The notes: generated by a model not told the origin, from the sequence alone. 61,680 nt of DNA from Bacteroidota bacterium (GCA_018267005.1 JAFDZK010000001.1:1-61680); one strand, 5' to 3'. Positions 19,904 to 30,600 are shown, counted from the stretch's first letter. Made by a program: numbers and translations.

Positions 19904-20027
19904 CATACTTGGTCGTAATGATTGTAAAAGTTGTAGCGGTTATAATGTTACAACCATTTGTAAGTCGTGACAAATATCAACCTATATTTCACGACAAGCG
20001 TTCCGCTTTAACCTTTTAGCTGTCAGC

Positions 20028-20771
20028 TTACTTGAGCATTATATTTTTAAGCGGATAGCCGTGGTTCACCAATTTTTCGACGTAGCTGGTGGCGAGTGCA
20101 TTTTCCAGCGCTTCCGCATGACGAAGGTGGTGCATGTCGCTTGATATAAAATCGACAAGATCACTATCGATCAGCGACTCAGCCGTTTTTTTAGCTTCCC
20201 TCCCATAGTAACCAAGCAGCGATATCGTATTTATTTGTAAAAGACAGCCCATTTCGCGCAGTGAACGCAATTGTTTTATATCCATGTAGCTATATCGTTC
20301 GGGATGAGCCAAAATAGGCCTGTATTTCAGGTCAAGCATTTTTTGGATCATCTCTTTTAAATTGGGAGGTTTGCTTATGAACGATAGCTCAAAAAGCACG
20401 TAATTGCCGCCAATCGTCATCAACGTTTGGTTGTTGATGCGCTCTTCGAAAGTTTCGTCGAAATAATGCTCGGCCGCGGCTTCAACGGGAATATCTATGT
20501 TTTCTTTTTTTAATTCTTCCTTAAGTAGCTTTAGCGCGTTACCTATCGTTTCGGCGTTATTCTTATAATAATCGGCCATGATGTGCGGCGTGGCGATAAC
20601 TTTTTTTATGCCAAGCGCCATCATTTTTTTGATCAGTTCAACAGATTCCTGCGGATTCTGAGCGCCGTCGTCTATGCCAGGAAGTACATGCGAATGCATG
20701 TCTACGGCTATTGAACTGTAGTTGAATGTGACCTCTTTCTTTTGCTCTTTCTTTTTAAATAACCCAAACAT
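20028..20771 (-). CDS. CpsB/CapC PHP-family tyrosine-protein phosphatase
   Basis: DMHSHVLPGIDDG, ATPH, AHPERY, SDMHH. Confidence 0.9.
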   Translation of the reverse strand: MFGLFKKKEQKKEVTFNYSSIAVDMHSHVLPGIDDGAQNPQESVELIKKMMALGIKKVIATPHIMADYYKNNAETIGNALKLLKEELKKENIDIPVEAAAEHYFDETFEERINNQTLMTIGGNYVLFELSFISKPPNLKEMIQKMLDLKYRPILAHPERYSYMDIKQLRSLREMGCLLQINTISLLGYYGREAKKTAESLIDSDLVDFISSDMHHLRHAEALENALATSYVEKLVNHGYPLKNIMLK

Positions 20772-20773
20772 CG

Positions 20774-21826
20774 TTAGCGGTTAGCATATTGTTCCTGGTA
20801 GTATTGCTGGTAATGTCCGGAAGTTACATCTTTCAGCCAGTCCTCGTTAGCAAGGTACCAGTCGACCGTTTTTTCCAGTCCTTCCTCAAAAGTTATGCTG
20901 GGCACCCATCCTAATTCTTGCTTTAGCTTAGTGGCGTCGATAGCATACCTCAGATCGTGGCCCGCCCTGTCGGTTACAAATGTGATCAATTTTTCCGATT
21001 CACCCGCGACCCTTCCTAATTTCCGATCCAATATACGACATAACAGTTTAATCAGGTCGATGTTCTTCCATTCATTATGGCCGCCGATATTATAGGTCGA
21101 GCCGGCTGCAGCTTTATGAAATATCAGGTCGATCGCCCGCGCATGGTCTTCAACCCATAACCAGTCGCGCACATTCTCGCCTTTACCGTATACGGGCACG
21201 GGCTTATTTTGTTTGATGTTGTTGATAGCCAGCGGTATCAGTTTTTCGGGAAAATGATAGGAGCCGTAATTGTTCGAACAGTTCGAGATGACCGTGTTTA
21301 AACCGTAAGTATCGTGGTATGCTCTTACAAAATGGTCGGATCCGGCTTTTGACGCCGAATACGGCGAATGCGGATCGTACGCCGTTTGCTCGGTGAACAT
21401 TCCTGTTTCCCCCAGGCTGCCATAAACTTCGTCGGTCGACACGTGATAAAACCTCGTTTTATCATAGTTGCCTCTCCAGTGATGCCGTGCCGTGTTCAAC
21501 AAATTTACAGTGCCGACCACGTTGGTCATCACAAAATCCAGCGGGTTACTGATCGACCTGTCTACATGCGATTCAGCGGCCAGGTGTATGATAGCATCCG
21601 GTTTTTCGGCTTCAAAAAGCTTATTGATAAACTCGATATCTACGATATCGCCTTTAACAAAGCGATAATTGGAGTTGTGCTCGATATCGCGCAAATTGGC
21701 CAGGTTGCCGGCGTAGGTAAGTTTATCCAGGTTTATGATATGGTAATGCGGGTAGTTTTTCACAAACCGCCTTACCACGTGCGAGCCGATAAATCCCGCT
21801 CCCCCGGTTATAATTATTTTCTTCAT
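20774..21826 (-). CDS. rfbB: dTDP-glucose 4,6-dehydratase
   Basis: GGAGFIG, LDKLTYAGN, AAESHVDRSI, STDEVYG, PYSASK, GHDLRY. Confidence 0.96.
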   Translation of the reverse strand: MKKIIITGGAGFIGSHVVRRFVKNYPHYHIINLDKLTYAGNLANLRDIEHNSNYRFVKGDIVDIEFINKLFEAEKPDAIIHLAAESHVDRSISNPLDFVMTNVVGTVNLLNTARHHWRGNYDKTRFYHVSTDEVYGSLGETGMFTEQTAYDPHSPYSASKAGSDHFVRAYHDTYGLNTVISNCSNNYGSYHFPEKLIPLAINNIKQNKPVPVYGKGENVRDWLWVEDHARAIDLIFHKAAAGSTYNIGGHNEWKNIDLIKLLCRILDRKLGRVAGESEKLITFVTDRAGHDLRYAIDATKLKQELGWVPSITFEEGLEKTVDWYLANEDWLKDVTSGHYQQYYQEQYANR

Positions 21827-21830
21827 CCTC

Positions 21831-22853
21831 TTATAAAGGGTTTTCAGACAGATATTTTTCCCAATTCCAGGCCGAAGACATCATTTCATCTATTCCGAGC
21901 TCTGCCTTCCATTGCAACTGGCTCGCTGCCTTGGTCACGTCGCCCCAAACTTGCTCTACATCGCCCTCCCTGCGCGGGCCGATCTCGTAGTTCAGTTTTA
22001 CGCCGGTCGATTTCTCAAATGCGGCAATGATCTCAAGCACCGAATTTCCTTTGCCGGTTCCGATATTAAACACATCATAGCCCGAAAAATTGTTCGACTG
22101 CATCAGCTTTAGTGCTGCGATATGCGCCTTTGCGAGGTCGACTACATGAATGTAATCGCGGATACAACTGCCATCGGGTGTGTTATAATCATCTCCAAAA
22201 ACCGTAACTTTTTCGCGTTTGCCAATAGCCGCCTGTGTAATGTAGGGCACAAGGTTTTGCGGCACACCGATCGGCAGCTCGCCGATCAAGGCTGTTTCGT
22301 GCGCTCCGACGGGGTTAAAATACCTTAAAGCGATCACTTTATAATTGCTGCCTGACGCCACGGTATCGCGCAGTATTTCCTCGGCTATCTGCTTGGTGTT
22401 TCCGTATGGTGACGCTGCTGGTTTTACAGGCGACTTCTCCGTTACCGGCAGCTCATCCGGCTGCCCGTAAACCGTACAGCTTGACGAGAACACAAAATTT
22501 AACGGAGTGCCATACCAGGCTTCCAGCAGGTTGACCAGCGGGTAAATATTATTGCGGTAATATTTTAACGGCAGCTTAACCGACTCTCCGACAGCTTTGG
22601 AAGCCGCGAAATGAATAATACCCTCGATATCCGGTTCAGCAACGGTAAGCTTTCTTACCAAATTTTCCTCGCTTAGGTCGATCTGGTGGAATGCCGGCCG
22701 AACGCCGCTTATTTTCTCGATCTGGTCTAAAATTTGGGGATTGGAATTTGACAGGTCGTCGACGATCACAGGCTCATAGCCGGCATTGATCAGCTCGACA
22801 ACTGTGTGCGAACCTATAAATCCCAATCCCCCTGTAACCAGTATCTTTCCCAT
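21831..22853 (-). CDS. galE: UDP-glucose 4-epimerase
   Basis: KAVGES, PYGNTK, LRYFNPVGAH, RDYIHVVDLA. Confidence 0.95.
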   Translation of the reverse strand: MGKILVTGGLGFIGSHTVVELINAGYEPVIVDDLSNSNPQILDQIEKISGVRPAFHQIDLSEENLVRKLTVAEPDIEGIIHFAASKAVGESVKLPLKYYRNNIYPLVNLLEAWYGTPLNFVFSSSCTVYGQPDELPVTEKSPVKPAASPYGNTKQIAEEILRDTVASGSNYKVIALRYFNPVGAHETALIGELPIGVPQNLVPYITQAAIGKREKVTVFGDDYNTPDGSCIRDYIHVVDLAKAHIAALKLMQSNNFSGYDVFNIGTGKGNSVLEIIAAFEKSTGVKLNYEIGPRREGDVEQVWGDVTKAASQLQWKAELGIDEMMSSAWNWEKYLSENPL

Positions 22854-23842
22854 TAGCGCTTGTTGTAATAAGTAAAATCCTTATGCTGTATCTCTTTTTC
22901 GGGCAGGGATTTAAAATATTCGTAAGTGATTTTCAAGCCCTCGCCCCGGGATACTTTTGGTTCCCAGCCCAAAATTTCCTTGGCTTTGGTAATATCCGGA
23001 CGACGTTGTTTCGGATCGTCTGTCGGTAAAGGCAGGCTGATCAATTTTTGGTCGGTGCCGGTCAGTTTAATAATTTCTTCGCCAAACTGGCGGATGGTTA
23101 TTTCGTCCGGATTTCCGATGTTGACAGGATAAGCATAATCGCTGAAAAGCAATCGGTAGATACCTTCGATCAGGTCGTCAACGTAACAAAACGAACGTGT
23201 TTGCGAACCGTCGCCAAACACCGTCAACGGTTCACCGCGCAGGGCTTGACCTATAAAAGCGGGCAATACGCGTCCGTCGTTCAGCCTCATACGCGGACCG
23301 TAAGTATTAAATATGCGAACGATCCTGGTTTCCAAACCGTGAAAAGTGTGGTAAGCCATGGTGATAGCTTCCTGGAAACGCTTTGCTTCGTCGTAAACCC
23401 CGCGCGGGCCTACCGGATTGACGTTACCCCAGTATTCCTCGGGCTGCGGGTTTACATCCGGATCGCCGTAAACTTCAGAAGTAGAGGCGATCAGCATCCG
23501 GGCTTTCTTGGAAAGCGCCAAACCCAGCAAGTTATGCGTGCCTAACGAACCTACCTTTAAGGTCTGTATAGGTATCCTAAGATAATCTATCGGGCTCGCG
23601 GGCGAGGCAAAATGCAGGATATAATGCAAATCGCCGGGAACATAAACGAACTTGGAAACGTCGTGGTTGTAAAATTCAAAATTTTCCAGTTTAAACAAAT
23701 GCTCGATATTCCGCAGGTCGCCGGTAATGAGGTTATCCATGCCAATAACATGAAAATCCTCTTTGATGAACCTGTCGCACAAATGTGAGCCTAAAAAACC
23801 CGCTGCACCAGTAATGAGTACCCGTTTGCGCTCCCTTATCAT
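22853..23842 (-). CDS. UDP-glucuronate decarboxylase (UDP-xylose synthase family)
   Basis: [41 protein letters not shown]. Confidence 0.9.
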   Translation of the reverse strand: MIRERKRVLITGAAGFLGSHLCDRFIKEDFHVIGMDNLITGDLRNIEHLFKLENFEFYNHDVSKFVYVPGDLHYILHFASPASPIDYLRIPIQTLKVGSLGTHNLLGLALSKKARMLIASTSEVYGDPDVNPQPEEYWGNVNPVGPRGVYDEAKRFQEAITMAYHTFHGLETRIVRIFNTYGPRMRLNDGRVLPAFIGQALRGEPLTVFGDGSQTRSFCYVDDLIEGIYRLLFSDYAYPVNIGNPDEITIRQFGEEIIKLTGTDQKLISLPLPTDDPKQRRPDITKAKEILGWEPKVSRGEGLKITYEYFKSLPEKEIQHKDFTYYNKR

Positions 23843-25153
23843 TTATTGAACTATTTTACGGCCGATGCTGTTATAATAAAATCCGCAGTCGATCATTTTT
23901 TGCAGATCGTATAGGTTACGGCCGTCAAATATAGTCTTATTCTTAAGCAGCTTTGCTATCTGATCAAAATCCGGCGTTCTGAAAACCGACCATTCAGTCA
24001 TGATCAGCAAGGCATCGGCATTTTCCAGCACATCGTACTGATCGGTCCCGTAGCTAATTTTATTACCTACCAGGGCCTTTACATTATTCATGGCTTCCGG
24101 GTCAAACACGGCAACATCGGCGCCTGCCTTTAATAGTTCGTCGATAACGAACAAAGCCGGAGCCTCGCGGATGTCGTCGGTTTCGGGTTTAAACGCCAAA
24201 CCCCATAAGGCGAATTTTTTTCCTTTCAGATCGCCATTAAAATACTTCTTAACTTTTTCAACGAATACCGCGCGCTGCGTTTTGTTAACACTCATCACGG
24301 CGTTCAATATCTTGAAATCGTATTGGTTTTCTTCCGACGATTTGGCCAGGGCCTGTACGTCTTTAGGGAAGCAGCTACCGCCATAGCCGATGCCCGAGAA
24401 CAGAAAGCGGCGGCCTATCCGGTCGTCGGCGCCTATGCCGCGGCGTATCATATCCACGTCGGCGCCCACCAGCTCGCACAGGTTGGCTATTTCGTTCATG
24501 AACGATATTTTGGTTGCCAGGAAAGAATTGGCAGCGTATTTGGTCAGTTCAGACGAGCGTTCGTCCATAAATATGATCGGGTTACCCTGGCGTACGTATG
24601 GAGCGTATACTTCCCCCATTATCCTGCGCGCCCTTTCATCTGTGGTGCCTATGATCACGCGATCTGGTTTCATAAAATCTTCTACCGCGACACCCTCACG
24701 TAAAAATTCAGGGTTCGATACGATCGCAAATTCCACATTCGTATTTTCCCTGATCACTGCGGCAACCTTATCTGCGGTTCCGACCGGAACGGTCGATTTA
24801 GTAACGATAACCTTATATTCCCTGATGAGTTTGGCAATGTCCTTAGCTGCGCCCAAAACATAGCTCAGATCGGCCGAGCCATCTTCGCCCGGCGGAGTTG
24901 GCAATGCCATAAAAATGATCTTTGCATCGGCTATCGCACTCGCCAGGTCGGTAGTAAAGTGAAGCCTTCCTTGCTGGATGTTACGAACAAAAAGCAATTC
25001 AAGCCCGGGTTCATAGATCGGCAGCTTGCCGTTCTGCATCATCTCAACCTTTTGCTTGTTAATATCGACGCAAGCGACCTGGTTGCCTGTTTCGGCCAGG
25101 CATGTTCCGGTAACCAAACCCACGTATCCCGTCCCAACTACAGCTATTTTCAT
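23843..25153 (-). CDS. ugd: UDP-glucose 6-dehydrogenase
   Basis: GTGYVG, KSTVPVGT, NPEFLREG, GYGGSCFPKD. Confidence 0.95.
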   Translation of the reverse strand: MKIAVVGTGYVGLVTGTCLAETGNQVACVDINKQKVEMMQNGKLPIYEPGLELLFVRNIQQGRLHFTTDLASAIADAKIIFMALPTPPGEDGSADLSYVLGAAKDIAKLIREYKVIVTKSTVPVGTADKVAAVIRENTNVEFAIVSNPEFLREGVAVEDFMKPDRVIIGTTDERARRIMGEVYAPYVRQGNPIIFMDERSSELTKYAANSFLATKISFMNEIANLCELVGADVDMIRRGIGADDRIGRRFLFSGIGYGGSCFPKDVQALAKSSEENQYDFKILNAVMSVNKTQRAVFVEKVKKYFNGDLKGKKFALWGLAFKPETDDIREAPALFVIDELLKAGADVAVFDPEAMNNVKALVGNKISYGTDQYDVLENADALLIMTEWSVFRTPDFDQIAKLLKNKTIFDGRNLYDLQKMIDCGFYYNSIGRKIVQ

Positions 25154-25293
25154 AGATTTTAATTTTTGTTTTTAAGGTTATCAAGCTATCGTGAGCCGTT
25201 CTATTTTAAGCGGCCGCTCACGATGGATTTCATAAGTATTTATGTTTTTATTGTTGCTACTTTTACGCCCGCGAAGATAAGAATTCAAATTCA

Positions 25294-26502
25294 ATGTTGC
25301 TTTTTTATAACCTGGGTATCCGAGTTTATTTCCTTCTCATCCTCATCGCTTCAGCCTTTAACAAAAAGGCGAAGCTGTGGATAAGAGGCAGAAAAAATAC
25401 ACAATTCCCGGAATTTACATCCAGCGCCTGGTTCCATTTCGCTTCGCTGGGCGAATATGAACAGGGCCAGCCCGTGCTTGCGGCATACCGGGCCTCGCAC
25501 CCCGGAATTCGCGTGGTTATAACGTTCTTTTCGCCTTCAGGTTTCGAGATACGCAAAAATACTCCGCTGGCCGACGCGGTTTATTACCTTCCGCTGGATA
25601 CTGCCGTTAATGCACGTGAGTTTATCAGCGCCATTAAGCCAACCATTGCGGTCTTTACAAAGTATGAGTACTGGTATCATTTTTTTAATGAGCTGCATAA
25701 ACGGCAAATCCCGTTATACGTTATCTCGGGCATTTTTAGGCCGAACCAGGTGTTCTTTAAATGGTACGGCAGGCTGCATCGCAAAATGCTGAACTTTGTG
25801 ACCCGTTTTTTTGTGCAGGACGAGGATTCGAAAAAATTACTGCAAGGCATTGGCATAGCTAATGTATCGGTAAGCGGCGATACGCGCTTCGACCGGGTGT
25901 GGGCCAACGCGCAGCAGCCGAGATCATTCCCGATTATCGAAGAATTTAAGAATAACCAAAATGTATTCATCGCCGGAAGCACCTGGCCCGAAGATGAGGT
26001 CTTGCTTGCGCAATTGATAAAAGAGCAGCCCGACTGGAAATTCATTATTGCACCGCACGAGATCAGCGAAGAACGGATAAATAAACTGGTCAATATTCTG
26101 CCCGAAAACTCAACTGCCCGCTATTCTCAAATCTCCAATCTCCAATCTCCAATCCCGGATATTAAAATAATAATTATCGACAACATCGGCATGCTTTCAT
26201 CCCTATATCAATACGGCGGTATCGCCTACATTGGAGGCGGCTTCGGTGCTGGCATACATAACACCCTGGAAGCCGCGGCTTTTGGGCTACCAGTTATTTT
26301 CGGGCCGAATTACCAAAAGTTTAAGGAGGCCCGGGACCTGGTGTCGTTAAGCCTGGGCTTTAGCATCAATAATGAGGAAGAACTGAGAGCCCGTTTTGCT
26401 GATCTGCTAAAAGATTATAAAAACATAAGCCCTAAAATAAAGCGGTACGTGCAGGAGCATACCGGGGCAACGGACATGATCATGAGCTTTATAAATCATT
26501 AG
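25294..26502 (+). CDS. waaA: 3-deoxy-D-manno-octulosonic acid transferase
   Basis: WFHFASLGEYEQ, YLPLD, AGSTW, GGGFGAGIHNTLEAA. Confidence 0.93.
   Translation: MLLFYNLGIRVYFLLILIASAFNKKAKLWIRGRKNTQFPEFTSSAWFHFASLGEYEQGQPVLAAYRASHPGIRVVITFFSPSGFEIRKNTPLADAVYYLPLDTAVNAREFISAIKPTIAVFTKYEYWYHFFNELHKRQIPLYVISGIFRPNQVFFKWYGRLHRKMLNFVTRFFVQDEDSKKLLQGIGIANVSVSGDTRFDRVWANAQQPRSFPIIEEFKNNQNVFIAGSTWPEDEVLLAQLIKEQPDWKFIIAPHEISEERINKLVNILPENSTARYSQISNLQSPIPDIKIIIIDNIGMLSSLYQYGGIAYIGGGFGAGIHNTLEAAAFGLPVIFGPNYQKFKEARDLVSLSLGFSINNEEELRARFADLLKDYKNISPKIKRYVQEHTGATDMIMSFINH
26123..26157 (+). repeat. heptamer tandem (AATCTCC x3 plus flanking units) inside waaA
   Basis: attctca aatctcc aatctcc aatctcc aatcccg, encoding SQISNLQSPIP. 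Confidence 0.85.
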
Positions 26503-26527
26503 CACAAAACAGCTATCTTGCCGCTAA

Positions 26528-27616
26528 GTGTTTTTCGCGATATATATTATTTTTTTCTTCCTGATACTGCGCCTCACGGTAACGGTGTTCAATTTTGTGT
26601 CCGACCCAAAGCTGCGTCGCATAAACCGCGGCTATACCGACCTGGTTTCAATATTAATACCGGCACGTAACGAGGAGGAAAATATCTTAACGCTTCTTCA
26701 GTCGATATACAGCCAGGACTACTCCAATTATGAAGTGATCATACTGGATGACGATTCATCAGATGGCACCTATGATATTTGCGCCCGGTTCGCTGCCGAA
26801 CGGCCGGCTTTCAGGGTGATCAAAGGCAGCGAACTGACCGGCAACTGGCTGGGAAAGAATTATGCCTGCCACCAATTGGCCAAACAAGCCAAAGGCAGAT
26901 ACCTGTTGTTTCTTGACGCCGATGAACAAGTGCATAACGGGCTTATCAATAGCGCCGTACACCGGATGCACCTGCGCCGCCTGGCTCTGCTCAGTCTTTT
27001 TGCCAACCAGCAGATGGATACGCTGGGTGAAAAGATCGTCGTACCTTTAATGCATTATATTTTACTCAACCTGCTGCCGTTGCGCCTGGTGTTCCTTTCA
27101 AAAAACCCTGCTTTTGCGGCCGCCAGCGGGCAATTCATGCTATTCGATGCTCAAATTTATCATCAGTATCAATGGCACAAGCTGGCCAACGATAAGGTAG
27201 TGGAGGATATCGAGATCATGAAAAGGGTCAAATCCGTAGGCTTTAACGGCGAAAGCCTGCTCGCTAACGGCATGTTAAGCTGTCGCATGTATAAAAGCTT
27301 TGCGGGCGCAATAGATGGTTTTGGTAAAAACTTCCTGGCGGCCTTTAATTATAATATTTTCAGCTTTATACTATTCCTTTTTTTCCTGACCGTGGGGCCC
27401 ATCATTATTACCATGACCTTCAGCCCCAACCTTATCGTGCTGATGGCCGGGCTAATCATATTGACGCGGATCATGATCTCGTTCCTCGCCGGACAAAATG
27501 TGATCCGAAATGTTATCCTCCATCCTTTGCAGATATTCAGCATGGTGCTAATCGCCTCGTCGGCCATACAGCGACACCTTACTAAAACCACCGTATGGAA
27601 AGGCAGGAGAGTGTAA
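26528..27616 (+). CDS. GT2 glycosyltransferase (CrtQ/HpnB-like), membrane-anchored
   Basis: LIPARNEE, LDDDSSDGT, WLGKNYAC, FLDAD, GQF, VEDI. Confidence 0.8.
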   Translation: MFFAIYIIFFFLILRLTVTVFNFVSDPKLRRINRGYTDLVSILIPARNEEENILTLLQSIYSQDYSNYEVIILDDDSSDGTYDICARFAAERPAFRVIKGSELTGNWLGKNYACHQLAKQAKGRYLLFLDADEQVHNGLINSAVHRMHLRRLALLSLFANQQMDTLGEKIVVPLMHYILLNLLPLRLVFLSKNPAFAAASGQFMLFDAQIYHQYQWHKLANDKVVEDIEIMKRVKSVGFNGESLLANGMLSCRMYKSFAGAIDGFGKNFLAAFNYNIFSFILFLFFLTVGPIIITMTFSPNLIVLMAGLIILTRIMISFLAGQNVIRNVILHPLQIFSMVLIASSAIQRHLTKTTVWKGRRV

Positions 27617-27657
27617 GGCCTTTCCCCGCCCCCTAAGCGGGGGATGATAATTCAGTT

Positions 27658-27703
27658 TAATCAAAACCATCTCTGGAATCATAAAATAAATCGGCGTAAT
27701 CAT
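27658..27703. repeat. single degenerate arm of the AATCGGTGTAATC family
   Basis: recurrent AATC/CATC and aatcggcgtaatc, one mismatch to 49719-49731; TAATTTTG promoter at 27712-27719. Confidence 0.55.
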
Positions 27704-27726
27704 AAAAAACGTAATTTTGCATCACC

Positions 27727-28578
27727 ATGGGCGAGTATAATTTGCAGGTGACGATTGACCAGGATTCAGGTTTTTGCTTTGGCGTGGTTTATGCCATCGA
27801 CATGGCCGAAGAAATACTGGAAGAAGAGGGCTACCTGTATTGCCTGGGTGATATTGTGCATAATGATGAGGAAGTGGAACGCCTGAAGGCAAAAGGCCTG
27901 CGCATCATCAACCACGACGACCTGAAAAGCCTGCACAACGAGAAAGTGCTCATCCGGGCGCACGGCGAAGCGCCCGAAACCTATAAGCTGGCGCTGGAGA
28001 ACAACATCATGCTCATCGATGCCTCTTGCCCGGTAGTGCTGAAATTGCAGAACCGCATCAAAACTTCGTACGACGATAACGAAAAGATACTGATCTTCGG
28101 CAAGCCCGGCCACGCCGAGGTGATCGGCCTGCAGGGACAAACGAATAACGAGGCCCTTGTTTTTATGGACATCGCCGAATTGGACAATGTCGATTTACCC
28201 GAAAAATTCACACTATACAGCCAGACGACCAAGAGCACCGAGAAATTCTATAGCATCAAAAACGAATTGCTTTCACGAGGCTACGAAGTGAAGGCCAACG
28301 ACACCATTTGCCGGCAAGTGTCCAATCGTGACAAGGATCTGCCAGCATTTGTGGCCAGGTTCGATAAAGTGGTGTTTGTTTCGGGCCGAAAATCATCCAA
28401 TGGCAAAGTGCTGTTTGAAGTGTGCAAGAAACATAATCCGGATACCTATTTTATTTCGTCGCCGGAGGAACTGGCAAAATCCATGTTCTCACCCGGCGAT
28501 AAAATCGGCATAGCCGGCGCTACCTCGACCCCTATGTGGCTGATGGAACAGGTAAAAGCGGAATTGGAGAAATTTTAA
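27727..28578 (+). CDS. ispH: 4-hydroxy-3-methylbut-2-enyl diphosphate reductase
   Basis: GFCFGV, IVHN, RAHG, DASCP, SQTT, DTIC, SSNG, GATSTP. Confidence 0.95.
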   Translation: MGEYNLQVTIDQDSGFCFGVVYAIDMAEEILEEEGYLYCLGDIVHNDEEVERLKAKGLRIINHDDLKSLHNEKVLIRAHGEAPETYKLALENNIMLIDASCPVVLKLQNRIKTSYDDNEKILIFGKPGHAEVIGLQGQTNNEALVFMDIAELDNVDLPEKFTLYSQTTKSTEKFYSIKNELLSRGYEVKANDTICRQVSNRDKDLPAFVARFDKVVFVSGRKSSNGKVLFEVCKKHNPDTYFISSPEELAKSMFSPGDKIGIAGATSTPMWLMEQVKAELEKF

Positions 28579-28634
28579 ATTCATAAACCCGCGTAATTGG
28601 CATCAACCAATGATCGTATTCACCCCCTCATACG

Positions 28635-29216
28635 CTATGCCAGCACATATTTGTTCACTATCTTTCCATGTTTGAAAGCCGTCGAGCTTTTCAGTTCAAG
28701 CACTTTTCTTTCTTTGAAAATTGAAAGTCCGCTGCCGATGGCGATGGGGTTGACGATCAGATAATATTCATCGATAAGGTTGAGGCTGACCAGCGAGCTT
28801 ACAAAACTTACACCGCCGTAAACAAGCAAATCTTTGCCGGGTTGATTTTTCAACTCTTGTACGGCCGTGGCCAGATCGCCGTTTTCCACCTCGACGTTAT
28901 GCCCGGCAATAGCGGTTTCGGTATGGCTGAAAGCGATCTTGCGATGGCTGACCATGAGCTTGCCAAAAGGATTCCAGGGATTATCGGGCTGGTTGTCGCC
29001 TACATTTTTCCAGTAATCGATGAACCCTCCCTGGGATAGCTTGCGCCCCAGCAAAATGGTATCGCAGCCGGCCGCGAGTTGCACACTGAAGTCGACGATC
29101 TGTTGTAATGCTTCCGGGTCTTGTTTACCGGATACAAATACCCAGTCTTGCTCACCATTAGGGCCGGATACAAAACCATCAATGGTCATTTGCATCTGTA
29201 GTTTTAATTTTCTCAT
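28635..29216 (-). CDS. dihydrofolate reductase / RibD C-terminal family protein
   Basis: MTIDGFV, ILLGRK, VYGG, LIDEY...P...GSG. Confidence 0.85.
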   Translation of the reverse strand: MRKLKLQMQMTIDGFVSGPNGEQDWVFVSGKQDPEALQQIVDFSVQLAAGCDTILLGRKLSQGGFIDYWKNVGDNQPDNPWNPFGKLMVSHRKIAFSHTETAIAGHNVEVENGDLATAVQELKNQPGKDLLVYGGVSFVSSLVSLNLIDEYYLIVNPIAIGSGLSIFKERKVLELKSSTAFKHGKIVNKYVLA

Positions 29217-29264
29217 ATCTATTGTTTCTAAAATTGGTCGTATTTGTTAAGTCTTTTTGTTTTA

Positions 29265-29753
29265 TTATGATGCCAGTAATTCATCCAACTGGTTCAATCC
29301 TATCGTAAAGCCGCCTTCAAAGCCCATTTCCACTAACATCTTAAAGTCAGTTTCCTCGTCAAAACTTAGGTCTACCACTACTTTGGTCTTATTGCCAACG
29401 GCTATAAATTTATTGTCCCAATGCCCAACCGGCGCGCCCGGCGCTGTGTTGCCGTTCTCATCAGAAAATACAGCATCAGCAGCAAATCTTTTTCCCTCGT
29501 CAATAGCGGTAAACTTTACATAGCTCCAGTGTTTCTGACCTTCCGGGCCTTCCATAGCGTATAACCACGCGCCGCCCACTTTAAACTCCATCGACTTAGT
29601 TTTGGCTATCCACGGTTTCGGTCCCCACCATTTTTCGAGAATATCAGGATTGGTCCACGCTTGCCATACTTTTTCAATCGGCGCGTTAAACTCGCGCACT
29701 ACATGGATTTTTTTCGCTGTAAGGTCCTTTTCGAATACAAAATTATTTGTCAT
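29265..29753 (-). CDS. SRPBCC (AHA1-like) domain protein
   Basis: REFNAPIEKVWQAWT...KWWGP...VGG. Confidence 0.88.
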   Translation of the reverse strand: MTNNFVFEKDLTAKKIHVVREFNAPIEKVWQAWTNPDILEKWWGPKPWIAKTKSMEFKVGGAWLYAMEGPEGQKHWSYVKFTAIDEGKRFAADAVFSDENGNTAPGAPVGHWDNKFIAVGNKTKVVVDLSFDEETDFKMLVEMGFEGGFTIGLNQLDELLAS

Positions 29754-29784
29754 GACTGCTTAGTTTTATACGATTTATTGACTG

Positions 29785-30279
29785 TTATTTCAAGGCGAGC
29801 AGCTCGTCCAACTGGTTAAAGGTCATTGAACTGCCTTCTTTAAAGCCGCCTTCGACGAACATTTGGATGGTTGACTCTTCTTCAAAAATTATCGTCGACT
29901 CAACCTTCGTTCTATTGCCGTCAATGGACAAGAATTGCGTATCGCGATATGATTTTGGTCCGTTTTCAATCGGGTTACCGTCCCCGTTACAAAACATACC
30001 GGTTGTGGCGATAGTACGGCCATTTTCTATGGCGGTAAATTTAGCATATACCCAATGTTTCCGGCCTTCGGGACTAACCATGGCGTACAACCATATTCCG
30101 CCAACAGTAAAATCCATAGTTTTGGTTTTGGCTATCCAGGGTTTCGGCGCTATCCATTTTTCTATCAATTCGGGCTCTGTCCAGGCTTTCCATACTTTTT
30201 CAATGGGCGCGTTAAACTCGCGCGACACGAAGATCTTTTTGGCAGCCATATCTGGCTCGAACACAAAATTATTGGTCAT
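29785..30279 (-). CDS. SRPBCC (AHA1-like) domain protein, tandem paralog
   Basis: REFNAPIEKVWKAWT; N-terminal half nearly identical to 29265-29753. Confidence 0.88.
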   Translation of the reverse strand: MTNNFVFEPDMAAKKIFVSREFNAPIEKVWKAWTEPELIEKWIAPKPWIAKTKTMDFTVGGIWLYAMVSPEGRKHWVYAKFTAIENGRTIATTGMFCNGDGNPIENGPKSYRDTQFLSIDGNRTKVESTIIFEEESTIQMFVEGGFKEGSSMTFNQLDELLALK

Positions 30280-30290
30280 GATTATTGAGT

Positions 30291-30596
30291 TTATAAGTCT
30301 TTTAACAGATCGTCTAATTGGTTAAAGCGGTCCTCCCACAGCTTGCGGAAGGCTTCCATCCATTGGTCCACCTCTTTCATTTTGCTTACTTCTAAATGGT
30401 AATAAATTTCGCGGCCTTGCTGCTCTTGCTTCAGCGCGCCGCACTCGCTCAGTATCTGTATATGTTTAGAAACCGCCTGCCTGCTGCTGTTAAAATGCTC
30501 CGCGATGGCATTTGGCGTCATAGCGCCGGTTACCAGCAAGGTCAGAATGGCCCGGCGCGTCGGATCGGCAATAGCCTGGTAAATGTCTCGTCTCAT
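30291..30596 (-). CDS. ArsR/SmtB family regulator
   Basis: [18 protein letters not shown]...[12 protein letters not shown]; start moved to ATG 30596. Confidence 0.9.
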   Translation of the reverse strand: MRRDIYQAIADPTRRAILTLLVTGAMTPNAIAEHFNSSRQAVSKHIQILSECGALKQEQQGREIYYHLEVSKMKEVDQWMEAFRKLWEDRFNQLDDLLKDL

Positions 30597-30600
30597 ATTT

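Noticed and set aside
19926-19952. Further TGTAAC sites (19947, 14570, 50541, 31908) as ECF promoters
   Set aside because: No nnTC at the 17-nt spacing.
20028-25153. Nucleotide-sugar operon as a horizontally acquired capsule locus
   Set aside because: It has no glycosyltransferase array, flippase or polymerase, and its composition looks like the core genome.
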